Shown here: piece by piece, positions 42,127 through 52,096 of the stretch
How positions within the stretch are numbered: position 1 is the stretch's first letter
Layout of the letters: the number at the start of each line of letters is the position of its first letter
Assembly (NCBI GenBank): GCA_009859145.1
Contig: VRVR01000020.1
Location: 62,001 to 126,000, forward strand
Reading direction: 5' to 3'
DNA length: 64,000 nt
Source of the DNA: Andalucia godoyi And28
Taxonomy: Eukaryota > Protista > Jakobida
The notes under the pieces: model-generated
What the model saw: only the letters and a program-made list of their open reading frames with translations
Databases searched by the model: none
What the model was told of the DNA's origin: nothing
Translations under genes and position numbers: made by a program

Positions 42127-45100
42127 CTAGGGGTCTTCAGAAGGAAGGTCATAGGCAGCAGCGCCAAAATCTTCTGGCACTTCTCTTTCGGGGCCGAGCA
42201 AGTACGTGACGGCGCTCTCGTGGCCCTTGAATAGTGAATTGACGCTCGAGAACTGGTACCACGGGCTGATGAGCTCACAAGTCTCGCGGCTCAGGTGGAC
42301 GCCATCGATCTTCGGACACGCTTGCTCCAGACGGGCTGCGTAGTTCACAGAGAGGCCGTAGATGTCGTACAAATACCGGTTCTTTGAGATGACTCCGGAC
42401 ACCACAGGGCCAGTATGCACACCGCAGCGAACATGCATTCCAAATTCGTTGGTGATCCGGATGACTTCCAAACAGAACTGCACTGCCGCAAGCGCGTCCT
42501 TGCGAACATCGAGGTCGCGTTCATGATGGGATCCGTACAAATTGGAGAAACGGAGGCCGGTGGCTCCAAACCAGCAGTCACCGATGATCTTCACCTTGAA
42601 TACACGGAAAGAATCCGCAGCAATATCAAATCGCGTGTACAGATTATCCAGAAGAGACACGATCGCACCGGGGCCTTCTGCAATTCGATTCTGACACATC
42701 GTCGAGAATCCCACAATGTCGATGAAGATGCATGAGACGTTGGTGTGAGCAAATGCGATGGGTCGTTCATTGCGCTTCAAGCGATCCACAATCGGAGCCG
42801 GCATCATGTTCAGCAACAAATCGGTCGACTTTTGCTTTTCGACCTCCAGTAAGGCGCGATTCGTCAATTCTATGGAAATATCTCGGATATAGACGTCATA
42901 AATAATGCGACCGCGCCGATGCAGTTCAGCGCCATTGGAAACGACGGTCACTGCACACGGGAACACACCGGGCTCCTTCGACTTGCCCGTCCTCTCTGAT
43001 GACGAACTCTCGCCCAAAGATAAATCTGCAGAAGAGCTCGATCGTTTCCGCGAACCACGCTGACCATGCAACCGGAACTCTCGAGATTCAACTGGTGCTT
43101 CCAAAGGGTCTATTTGCGACAGAAACCTATCAAAGTCCACGAAGGCGTCGTCACGAATGAAAAAGTCTTCCAACGGCGAGCCCAAGACATCGAATTCGGT
43201 GTGGCGAAACATGCGCAAGAACTTCATATTGGAATCCCGAACAACAAAGCGTACATCTGCTTTTGTTTTTGTGTTGTGCACACCAACTATCTGGCAAAAA
43301 GCAGCGGGCATGGTGCGAATATCCCATTGAGGACCAGTCAACATCGGAAAATGTGAAGCATTTTTGGAATCGACTTTCAAATCCAACTTGCCGCCGGAGG
43401 TCGTTGCCGATTTCGACCCATGTCTTGATTCGGCATCGTCTTCCTCGGAAGAATAATGCGATGCCCCCGAGGACATCGATTCTGCGGGCTTTTTCGATCT
43501 CAACGTCGTCGCACGGACCAACGATCCCGACGACATGAATGTGACCACACGTGGATTGGAGTACAGCGTGTCCAGCGACAGCGAGCATAAAATCTTTCGC
43601 ATCTGCAATTCACGGCGCTCCAAGTGCCGAAGTGCATTGTGGAAACAAAACAAATAAATGAGCGGAAATCCAATAAACGACACAGCAAAGAACACATTCA
43701 CAACCGTCACATACGTGTCACTTCGGTCGCTGTAGTACGAAACAAGAAGACGATACACAGTGTCGATTTTTTCTGGGATAATAGAAAACAACAGCGGTTG
43801 GAGACGATTCTTATAGATTGTCCACAACGCCGACTGATCCACCCCGGTCGCGATCATGCTGACAACATCGTCATGCGCCGTTGAGATATCTGCAGCGAGG
43901 GAACGAGCGGCGACATCGGGGAAGTACGCCGGATACAACGACGCAGAGTGAGGAGTGAAGATCGCATCTCGAATATTAGCGGAATAGTCGGAAATTCCAT
44001 TCGTGTGTGAGCCATCGCCATTGGTGAAGTATGCCCAGTTCTGAAGACCTTGCGACGAAAGTAGTTGAGATGTCTGGACATACACTGGATCCAATATTGC
44101 TTCAGAGAATTGCGGAAAGGCGATCTTCAGCAAAGACGGATAAGAGATGGGAAACAATTCGATGGCAGACCCGGCAGCTCGCGAAAAAAGGCCCAGCACA
44201 GAGGTGATATATTCCACTTCATAGATTGCCCTACGAGCGTCTGACACATACAAGAACAACACAAGCGTGAATACTTGACAATACAGCATGATAATCAACA
44301 TGGCAAACACTATCAAAAGGCCGGCGTAAAGATACCGATGAGCACCCCATTTAGTCGTGACAATCGACGCTGAGAGAGAGGACAGATGTGACTCTGCAGC
44401 ATGCACGGATTCGGGATCTGCTTGATCTAACTTTTTGCTCCGCAAAGTGTTCGTATGCAGACGAATCCCCTCCGTTGACCCTTTCCGTCGGCTCCCGCTG
44501 TTGATGTCCTGATTGGACAGATCCTTCACGATACGGGCATGCTCCTCACTGAGTGCGTACTTGTCGAAATCCAAGTTGAGAAACATCATCCTCTTTTGAT
44601 TGTTATATGTCTTCACCAGAAACGGAATAATGACGAAAGCTAAACACGCAAACGTAATGCAAAACGCACACAACGCACACGTCAGCACAACACTGAAAAG
44701 CCTGTCGACGTAATCTTCGGTCTCTTTTTGGTACCGCGGGATAGAATTTTGCACAGAGTCCCATGCAGAAACCAGACTGTTAAACCACCCTGAGAGTAAC
44801 GATTCCACGCAGATGTTCCGCAAGTTAGAAAATGGATAGGATGTGTTGGCATAATACTGCCACCCAAACAACGCTGGGTCTTGCGAACACTCAACAACCT
44901 GCTGCAGTATTGGCTCATATGCCCGAAGAACACTGGCAACAGAGATCGCAGAAAACGTGAAAGCATAATTGCTGGAAATGGTAATGTTCTGCACACTCGT
45001 ATTCACAGGAGGAAAAGGAACCTCCACGAACAATGACTGAGCGGCAATTTCGTCCCTCCAGTAAGAGTCAATAGACACTGTGTGCTGCTCGTCAAGCACA

Positions 45101-47550
45101 ACTTTGAGCATTCCACGGTATGCAGAAAGGAGTCCAGGAAACGTCATCTGGATAAATTCAACCTCTCTTGAAGACAAAAAGAATGGAAGGCCCAAGGAAC
45201 GAAACATGAGTGCAAACATTCCAATAGGCCGCCGAAGACGGGAGGCCGCCTCCAGCGGCAGTGTTGCAGCATCTGCGCCGCTGTTCTGCGATACGCTGTC
45301 ATATGAAATGGAATCACCAAGAAATTGAGTCGTGATGGGAGAACGAATGATAACACGGGATATTGCAAACAGAGCAATTAACAAAGCCATGGAAAGAAAT
45401 AGCGTTCCCAGGATCGCCATACGCATACCCCAAATTGTCGATGAATTCCGATTCATGACCGCAGATCGCAAACCTTTCAACCGTCTCGCTTCAGAAGAAT
45501 CCCCCAAAGAATTGTTCATGGACTCTGAAGAGTCCGTCGGATCTATGCTGTCCTCATCACCCCGTGTTCCAGGAGACGAAGGACTCTTGGATCTCCCTTG
45601 TGGATCGCCAGCGGGAGCGTCTGCATCCGACCGACCTTGGCTTGCAACAGAAGAAACACCTACAGAAGGAAGGGATGCATTGCCTGGCGGAAAAGGGGCT
45701 TCAATAGTAATGTACGAAGGTCGACGCGGCCTTCCCACATTCAGTTGTCGAGTACTTCCCCTCGACAAACGAGCAAGATGGTCTTCAAGCGTATCCGCTT
45801 GAAGAAGCAACCTTGCAGCGACTTCCGTGTTGTGCTCCACATCATCCAGCCACCGTGCGCGGCATCGCAGCATCTCCGGTGTTACCATTGGAATCCGCTG
45901 CAGTCGTTGAATAATCAGCGAGCCCTTCGTCTCTAGGGATTCAATGTATGACAGTATACCCCATAATCGAGACAAATCAAACGAGTCTTCCCACGAGCGA
46001 TTCGTCCACTTATGGAAGAAGTTGTGCTTTGACAAGAAAAGCTTGGTTTGCAGTTCCACCTCGGAGTGGGATGTCGTGTTCATGACCTCCTTCCAGAATG
46101 TCGCAATCCCAGCAATGACCTCGCGCCGAATGCGATCGAGTGCATTGATCTCGGTGCGGATGTGATACAGAATTAGGTTGCCGTCGGGACCAAAGGCCTG
46201 CATGGTTGAACGCAAAAACGTGAGACCATGGAAAAACTCAAAAGTCGTAGAGGCGGACCAGAGAGACGTCACCTTCTGCATGAGTGCTAACCTCACCAGG
46301 ACGGACGGCAGATTCCAAGTGGAAGCACGGCCGACGGAAAGGTTCAGCGAATATCGCATCAAGCAATACTGACCTGCAAGAAACGTGGAAAGCGGGAAAA
46401 TATCGAGTACAGCGTCAAATAGCTGCAGAACTTCATGGGCTTGATCCGGTGACACTGCCACGATCTCCGATCGTACGCAGAACGGAAATGAATGATTCTG
46501 CGGTAAATTCAGCCTACTGCGGAGCATGCTTCGCAACTTTAGATGGCAGACCAGCGCATTGGGAGCCTTCGACAGCGCGTACAAGTCACGTTCGAACAAA
46601 TCGGAGTCCGAAACCGGATCTGGCAATCCCGGCCCGCTGTTCCAGACGCGTAGACGTCGGCGGAAGCAGAGAACGGTGACGGCCCACAGCAGGATAAAAC
46701 TGCCGACGGCCACAGGAACCACAATCGCAGCTGAGCGAGATGACGATGCTTCCATGCCTATCATGAACAGGACAACAACAAAAGGGTACATCGCGAGCAG
46801 ATTGCCTTCCTGCGTATTCCAGGGCAGTACATACTGGCCAACACCTAGAATGAACACGCAGGTCGCAGAAGACGCGACATAAAAGATGATCCTTTGCCCA
46901 ACGGCTATGGACAAGAAATCAAAAAAGAAAACCAAGCCCTCGAGTAGGAACAACACAAGAGGAAAGTATCCGACAGACACGGACTGGATGGCGAAGCTCA
47001 GAGGCGAGGTCAGCGTGCAGAATAATGACAAATACAATCCGTATGTGAAGAACGTCCAACCGAAGTGCACAAACAGGATGATGCTTTCCGGACCCCCAAT
47101 TTGCGAGGAGGAGGCAACGTCGTTTGCATCTAAAGCATATGCTCTGAGCATCAGATATTGGATGGGCATTGTGGATAGAACACCCCAGCACAGCCAGCGC
47201 ACCGTACGATCCAGCAGCGACATCCCAGAATCCCCCTGCCTGAGCCGCGCGTACACAATGACAAACGAGAACAAGGAGATGAACGAGATGACGAAGAACA
47301 CCCACGTGATTGCGGTGGCTGCCGAGGAAGCTCTCATGGCCGTCCGCATGTCGTCGCGAAAGAACCAAGAAAAGCCAAACACACTCATTGACAGCGACCA
47401 CGCCAAATGAGAGAGTGCAGGTTGACAAAGGTATTGTTTTAAGCGCGATCCCGTCTCAAAAAAACTGGCAAAGTTGGTGCTCAGCAAGGAAAACGTGGTC
47501 TTCGACGAGGCCGCCTCTTCTCCATCGCTGTCCTCCCTTGACGCCGACAT
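42127..47550 (-). CDS. Large multi-TM, PAS-containing class III nucleotidyl cyclase (adenylyl-type specificity residues)
   Basis: About 10 N-terminal TM helices plus further TM clusters; PAS (NMKFLRMFRHTEFDVLGSPLEDFF...YIRDIS); signalling helix STDLLLNMMPAPIVDRLK; catalytic FIDIVGFST, KVKIIGDCW, RCGVHTGPVVSGVI, YDIYGLSVNYAARLEQ. Confidence 0.92.
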   Translation of the reverse strand: MSASREDSDGEEAASSKTTFSLLSTNFASFFETGSRLKQYLCQPALSHLAWSLSMSVFGFSWFFRDDMRTAMRASSAATAITWVFFVISFISLFSFVIVYARLRQGDSGMSLLDRTVRWLCWGVLSTMPIQYLMLRAYALDANDVASSSQIGGPESIILFVHFGWTFFTYGLYLSLFCTLTSPLSFAIQSVSVGYFPLVLFLLEGLVFFFDFLSIAVGQRIIFYVASSATCVFILGVGQYVLPWNTQEGNLLAMYPFVVVLFMIGMEASSSRSAAIVVPVAVGSFILLWAVTVLCFRRRLRVWNSGPGLPDPVSDSDLFERDLYALSKAPNALVCHLKLRSMLRSRLNLPQNHSFPFCVRSEIVAVSPDQAHEVLQLFDAVLDIFPLSTFLAGQYCLMRYSLNLSVGRASTWNLPSVLVRLALMQKVTSLWSASTTFEFFHGLTFLRSTMQAFGPDGNLILYHIRTEINALDRIRREVIAGIATFWKEVMNTTSHSEVELQTKLFLSKHNFFHKWTNRSWEDSFDLSRLWGILSYIESLETKGSLIIQRLQRIPMVTPEMLRCRARWLDDVEHNTEVAARLLLQADTLEDHLARLSRGSTRQLNVGRPRRPSYITIEAPFPPGNASLPSVGVSSVASQGRSDADAPAGDPQGRSKSPSSPGTRGDEDSIDPTDSSESMNNSLGDSSEARRLKGLRSAVMNRNSSTIWGMRMAILGTLFLSMALLIALFAISRVIIRSPITTQFLGDSISYDSVSQNSGADAATLPLEAASRLRRPIGMFALMFRSLGLPFFLSSREVEFIQMTFPGLLSAYRGMLKVVLDEQHTVSIDSYWRDEIAAQSLFVEVPFPPVNTSVQNITISSNYAFTFSAISVASVLRAYEPILQQVVECSQDPALFGWQYYANTSYPFSNLRNICVESLLSGWFNSLVSAWDSVQNSIPRYQKETEDYVDRLFSVVLTCALCAFCITFACLAFVIIPFLVKTYNNQKRMMFLNLDFDKYALSEEHARIVKDLSNQDINSGSRRKGSTEGIRLHTNTLRSKKLDQADPESVHAAESHLSSLSASIVTTKWGAHRYLYAGLLIVFAMLIIMLYCQVFTLVLFLYVSDARRAIYEVEYITSVLGLFSRAAGSAIELFPISYPSLLKIAFPQFSEAILDPVYVQTSQLLSSQGLQNWAYFTNGDGSHTNGISDYSANIRDAIFTPHSASLYPAYFPDVAARSLAADISTAHDDVVSMIATGVDQSALWTIYKNRLQPLLFSIIPEKIDTVYRLLVSYYSDRSDTYVTVVNVFFAVSFIGFPLIYLFCFHNALRHLERRELQMRKILCSLSLDTLYSNPRVVTFMSSGSLVRATTLRSKKPAESMSSGASHYSSEEDDAESRHGSKSATTSGGKLDLKVDSKNASHFPMLTGPQWDIRTMPAAFCQIVGVHNTKTKADVRFVVRDSNMKFLRMFRHTEFDVLGSPLEDFFIRDDAFVDFDRFLSQIDPLEAPVESREFRLHGQRGSRKRSSSSADLSLGESSSSERTGKSKEPGVFPCAVTVVSNGAELHRRGRIIYDVYIRDISIELTNRALLEVEKQKSTDLLLNMMPAPIVDRLKRNERPIAFAHTNVSCIFIDIVGFSTMCQNRIAEGPGAIVSLLDNLYTRFDIAADSFRVFKVKIIGDCWFGATGLRFSNLYGSHHERDLDVRKDALAAVQFCLEVIRITNEFGMHVRCGVHTGPVVSGVISKNRYLYDIYGLSVNYAARLEQACPKIDGVHLSRETCELISPWYQFSSVNSLFKGHESAVTYLLGPEREVPEDFGAAAYDLPSEDP

Positions 47551-48256
47551 GTGGTAGTTCTTTTATCCCTTCTTGTCTGTGAGAGAGTGTGTGAATGTAT
47601 GTATGAATGTGTGTGGACGTTCGTTCAAAATGAGCAAGCGAGTTATTCCCCTACACCCGCGCTACCTTTATTTTCCCTTGTCTGTACTGAAAGGCCGAAC
47701 GCAAGAATTTCACATAAGATGGACGGATCAAACGTGTGTTGCGTGTGTGCATCAAGAAACAAGAAGCGCATCTTTTTTTAAGCCAGAAAAGAGAGAATGG
47801 CATTCGAACTTGGGAGTAATGGATGCGTACATTCAAGCATTCGAAGTTGTGAGGAAAGTGGGAGATTTCCTGGGAGTTCCCGACTTCCCCTCTAGTCCCC
47901 CGAGTTTCGTCTTCCGGAGAACGCGGAGCGGAGCGACCAGTTCGCAATTCTCTGTCTCGAACATCCGACCAGGCCTGGTACCAGTGCCTTGAAAGGAGAA
48001 CTCGAAGATGCAAGAAGAACGCAACACTCCGAGCTCGCTTTTGCGGTTTCATTCGGAACGTGTGTGACGACGGGGGAGTCTCAACTACGGCAGAAACGAT
48101 CTTGTGCTCGGGTCTTTTGGAGACACCCAAGTCTCAACTCAAATCTGCAATTGACATTTTGAAGTTTTCTTCCATCGATGAATTGGAGTCTTTTGAGATT
48201 TCTGTCACATGCCGCGAAGAACTCGGTGGAACAGGAGCAGGCTTCAATTAGAAAAA

Positions 48257-48925
48257 ATGTTCAACGTGGCAAGGCAGCTCATTCCGCGGTGTTGTGCGTG
48301 TTCAATCCAGCGTGCTCCATTCCTACGCCACGCAGCATCAGCATCAGCAACACGCAGGTCACCTGCTGCGTCAAAGTTGCTGCTTTCTGCGAGGACTCCA
48401 ATTCCGCGGAGGGCACCACCGGCAAGACGCGCTGCATCAAAAGAAAAAGAAGCAAAACCGAGGGTGGAGGAGGTGGATGTGCAGGTACGGGCACAGACAC
48501 AGACAGGGATCTGCGAACAGGAGAATAGGAGTAACAAAGACGAGGAAGGTTCGTCGTTCCCGTTTCCTTCTGGTTTCCACTGGTACTTGGTCAGCATCAC
48601 AGGGAAGGATGAATTTGTAGAAAAGGTTCTTCCTCAGATGATTTCGCATTACGGATATGGGGAGCATGTTCAAGAAGTAGTCATGCCAAGGAGAAAAGAC
48701 GTGTCCTTGACAGCCAGTGCGACAGCCATCAAGGAGCGGTACGTCCCATCGCTCCCTGGATTTCTCTTGTGCAAACTGTCGTTGACAGAGCGGTCGCTGT
48801 CGTTTTTCTTGCGTCTCCCGTATGTGAACTACATCGTTCAGCCCCTTACGGAGGAACAAGCGTCGCAAATCAGAGAAAGGATTCCTGTGGTGATCCCGCT
48901 CCATCAGAATACCGACAGGTTGTAA
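48257..48925 (+). CDS. nusG: Bacterial-type NusG N-terminal (NGN) domain protein with a predicted organellar (mitochondrial-type) presequence; no KOW domain
   Basis: HWYLVSITG...VQEVVMP...PGFLLCKL...RLPYVNYIV-QPLTEEQASQI aligns by eye to the NusG NGN pattern WYVV...EVMVP...FPGYVLVQM...VPRVMGFI...PISDKEVDAI. The first about 60 aa are Arg/Ser/Ala-rich with no acidic residue. Confidence 0.75.
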   Translation: MFNVARQLIPRCCACSIQRAPFLRHAASASATRRSPAASKLLLSARTPIPRRAPPARRAASKEKEAKPRVEEVDVQVRAQTQTGICEQENRSNKDEEGSSFPFPSGFHWYLVSITGKDEFVEKVLPQMISHYGYGEHVQEVVMPRRKDVSLTASATAIKERYVPSLPGFLLCKLSLTERSLSFFLRLPYVNYIVQPLTEEQASQIRERIPVVIPLHQNTDRL

Positions 48926-49185
48926 CCTGCAACGGGAACCTGAGAATATCAATCTCTGCATGCATGTGCGTGTGCGTACCGGTATGAAAGGCAGATTGAG
49001 ATATGAGTGTATTTATTGTGTGTTGTGGGGTTTTGTTTTCTCTCGCCGGGGAGAGGGGGGTTATGAAAATTTAGAAGAACAAAAGCACTCGATGTTTTGT
49101 CGTGTGTGCGGCGATACAGTCGAAAGAGAGGAAGAAAATGACCAGGATACTATGCGGGCGAACGGATGGAACACGCATGATGTTG

Positions 49186-49971
49186 CTATTGTCGACTGAG
49201 AAACAACTCTGTCACAACCGGAAAATGATCCGAGGGAAAGCGGCCGTCTCGAGAGGTGTGGTCGACCCAAGATCTCGACACTTTCCAATCATTAGACGCC
49301 CAAATAAAGTCGATGCAGTCCCCTGACCTTCGCCCACTAAACGCATGGAACGTCCCTTCCTTTGCGCCGTTGTTGGCAATCGCGAACGTGTTTGAGAATC
49401 CCTCCTTTGCAACAATGAGACACGGCTCCTCAGACGATTCGCAATTGAAGTCTCCGGTCAAGACCGTAGGAACTCGGGTGTGTTTCTTAACCTGCCGAAA
49501 GATCATCCGTACACCTTCTGTTCTTGCTTTGGCCGAGAGATGATCGAGATGTGTATTGCAGATGCACAGCGGAATTCCGCTGAGATTTTCCGTGAAGTTA
49601 ACCATGGTGCAGATACGTGGACATGCGGACATCCAGGACCGACTTCCCGGAACATCAGGCGTCTCGCTGAGCCAAAAAGTAAGAGACTCTTTTTCATTGA
49701 CAGTAAATCTCGAGGCAAGATAAAACACTGAAGAATATTCGCCGCCTGTCCAGCCGTCGTCTCGTGCTCCGCCGTACTCGCGGTACTGAGGAAAACTCTG
49801 TCGAATAGCATCCATCTGGAACCGCAGCGCTTCTTGCACACACAGAATATCAGGATTCACAGCCGCAATCGTCTGAAGAAGAAGCCCCGATCGAAACTCC
49901 CAAGAATTTGTACCATCGTCCATCGAACCCGTTCGCACATTGAACGTCATAATCCGAACAGTCCGCTCCAT
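49186..49971 (-). CDS. Endonuclease/exonuclease/phosphatase (EEP) family hydrolase, bacterial-like subfamily
   Basis: IMTFNVR, DILCVQE, FWLSETPDVPGS, NTHLDH, LTGDFN, CIDFIW, SDHFPV. Confidence 0.92.
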   Translation of the reverse strand: MERTVRIMTFNVRTGSMDDGTNSWEFRSGLLLQTIAAVNPDILCVQEALRFQMDAIRQSFPQYREYGGARDDGWTGGEYSSVFYLASRFTVNEKESLTFWLSETPDVPGSRSWMSACPRICTMVNFTENLSGIPLCICNTHLDHLSAKARTEGVRMIFRQVKKHTRVPTVLTGDFNCESSEEPCLIVAKEGFSNTFAIANNGAKEGTFHAFSGRRSGDCIDFIWASNDWKVSRSWVDHTSRDGRFPSDHFPVVTELFLSRQ

Positions 49972-51588
49972 GTTTTCTCAACTTGAAATAATTTCTTCTA
50001 CAGGTTCTACTATTAAAAAAAAGCCTAGAGACAACACACACACACACTCACTCTCTCTCTCTCTCTCTCTCTCTCTGCGCTTTTGTTACAATGTATATTA
50101 TTACTGCTATTATTATTTTTTAAAGAATAGACGATTGCAAAGAATAAAAACAAAATGTTCGCTGGTGCTGCTTGCTGGAAACTGTTCACAGAAAAAGAAA
50201 AGGAAAAGGAAAAAGGGAACCCAGAATAAATAATAACATTCATATTAAAAAATGCAGAAAGCAAGTCTATTTTCCGCCTGAAAAGAACACGTCATCCGGT
50301 AACCCCATTGAGTTCAAGTTCTCATTGAAAGACGCTGTATGAGCGCATTTGCTGAAAAGTTCCTCGATCTGGCAACAACAATTCAACACGCTTCAGCCGG
50401 AAAATGAACGGAGCTGCGCGGCGTCGCTGAACTTCAGTTATGGCCCATGAGTCCCGCATCCTTTGCTTGTGTGCGGCTCTATGACAATGAGTGCTTTCAG
50501 CGTCTCTCGACCCTGATCGCGACCGAGTGATCTGCACTTCACGGACTGACATGCCGCTTCCAATACTGCATTCAGACGCGACTGATCCCGCCCCAAAGCA
50601 CGACAACAGGAGATGCACTCTTCCGAACCATTCCTCGCGGAATGCCCAAAAAAATCGTCCTTCAGTGCCAGGACCAAGAAACGAACAGGGGGGAAGTCAA
50701 GAGCAGCCCAATCTCTTTTTCAACATTGTCTGTGTCGAAACACGGATTCAGACGGTGTGCACGATCCTTTTGTTCGCGTCCTCCAAGAACTAGTGGCTTT
50801 GGGCTTCCCGCGAGCGTTGTCTGGCCACGCTTTTGGTAAACATACATGCACAGGCTTTGCACGATCAAAAAATAATAATAGCAATCTGGAACAACTCCTT
50901 CGTTTCAGGAGATGGCCGCAACCGCAGTGTGAGTGCGCACAGTAGCATGCTCGGCGCATTGTCTTTTTTGCTTCTTCCACTGCACCTGCTTCTTCTGTCT
51001 TTCCTGTTTCATCGTTCGCTGTAGAATGTCCTCCGCACTGATCGGATTGTCGTACAACAGGAACGGAAATCCGACTTCCGTGCACAGTGTAACTCATTCA
51101 CAGTTTCGTCATTGAGACACCGCGATCCAGCAATCCTTCCTCGGGTTTCTCTGAACGAAGCGGGAGCGAGGCTGCACGACTGCGACGATCTGCATTGGTT
51201 TTTTTTTCCCCTCGGAACTTACTGCGGCCTGTCCGTTAGGTCCGGAGATTTGCGACGACGTTTTTTTTTCCTGGGAGAGTCTATTGACGACCCGCCATCG
51301 CTGCTCGCGGTCGGACGCTTTTTGGCAGAATAATCTACAATGCAAAAAACAAGGATTTTTGTTGTTGTGTCATGGCCTTAGCAACTTACTTTTCCACTGT
51401 AGCCAGAACGCATTATTCGAGTGGGTTGACCAAGGTTGAGTAGCGCACAATGCGACCAGCCTGTTTGCCAGCAAGAAAGAAAAAACACAAAAACATGTCA
51501 TTGCAAGGAAAGGAAAGAATCGACCCTTGTTGTTGCCACCTTTGATCATCTGCGGTGGGGACCAAAAAAAAAACACAAAAAACAAGAC

Positions 51589-51924
51589 ATGTTCTCTGAT
51601 GAAAATATAGAGTCGTCGGAAGAACGACTGCTGCGTCGAGAAAAGGCATCGAGAATCCTGTTCTACGCTGGGTTTGCCTGTCTTCCGATTCTGTGGCTAA
51701 TCAATGCGGCGACGTTTCTGTCGGACCAGCCGCTGTTTCACTCAACTGTGCACACGAAATCTGCACTAGTCCACAAGTTCGCTCTCTATTCTCTTTGCTG
51801 CGGTCTCGTTTCTATGATTGGGTTCGTTCTTTGGATCGGATTCATGTGGACGTTTCCGCCTTTCGAGACGGACAGCCAGTATTGGGCAGTGTCCACGAAT
51901 CCTGACGATTCTCCCATCCTCTAG
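51589..51924 (+). CDS. PSENEN: Gamma-secretase subunit PEN-2
   Basis: 111 aa; FYAGFACLPILWLINA resembles the PEN-2 GFAFLPFLWLVN motif, followed by a second TM helix. Confidence 0.8.
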   Translation: MFSDENIESSEERLLRREKASRILFYAGFACLPILWLINAATFLSDQPLFHSTVHTKSALVHKFALYSLCCGLVSMIGFVLWIGFMWTFPPFETDSQYWAVSTNPDDSPIL

Positions 51925-52096
51925 GCTTCACAATCTTATCTCTTCATGAGCTGCCCGTGTGGGCAAGATCTGCTTTGTCTTGTTGAACAACAGTGCCAAA
52001 AAAACAAAAACAAAACACAAAACGCATCAGAAGTCGCAAATTTCTCTCGACGGTTTGCAAAACGAGAAGGGAGGGGTGGTGGAGGAAAAGAAACGT

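Noticed and set aside
48901-49100. A spliced KOW exon completing NusG
   Set aside because: No G-x-x-V-x-V-x-x-GPF-like sequence downstream in any frame before the convergent EEP gene.
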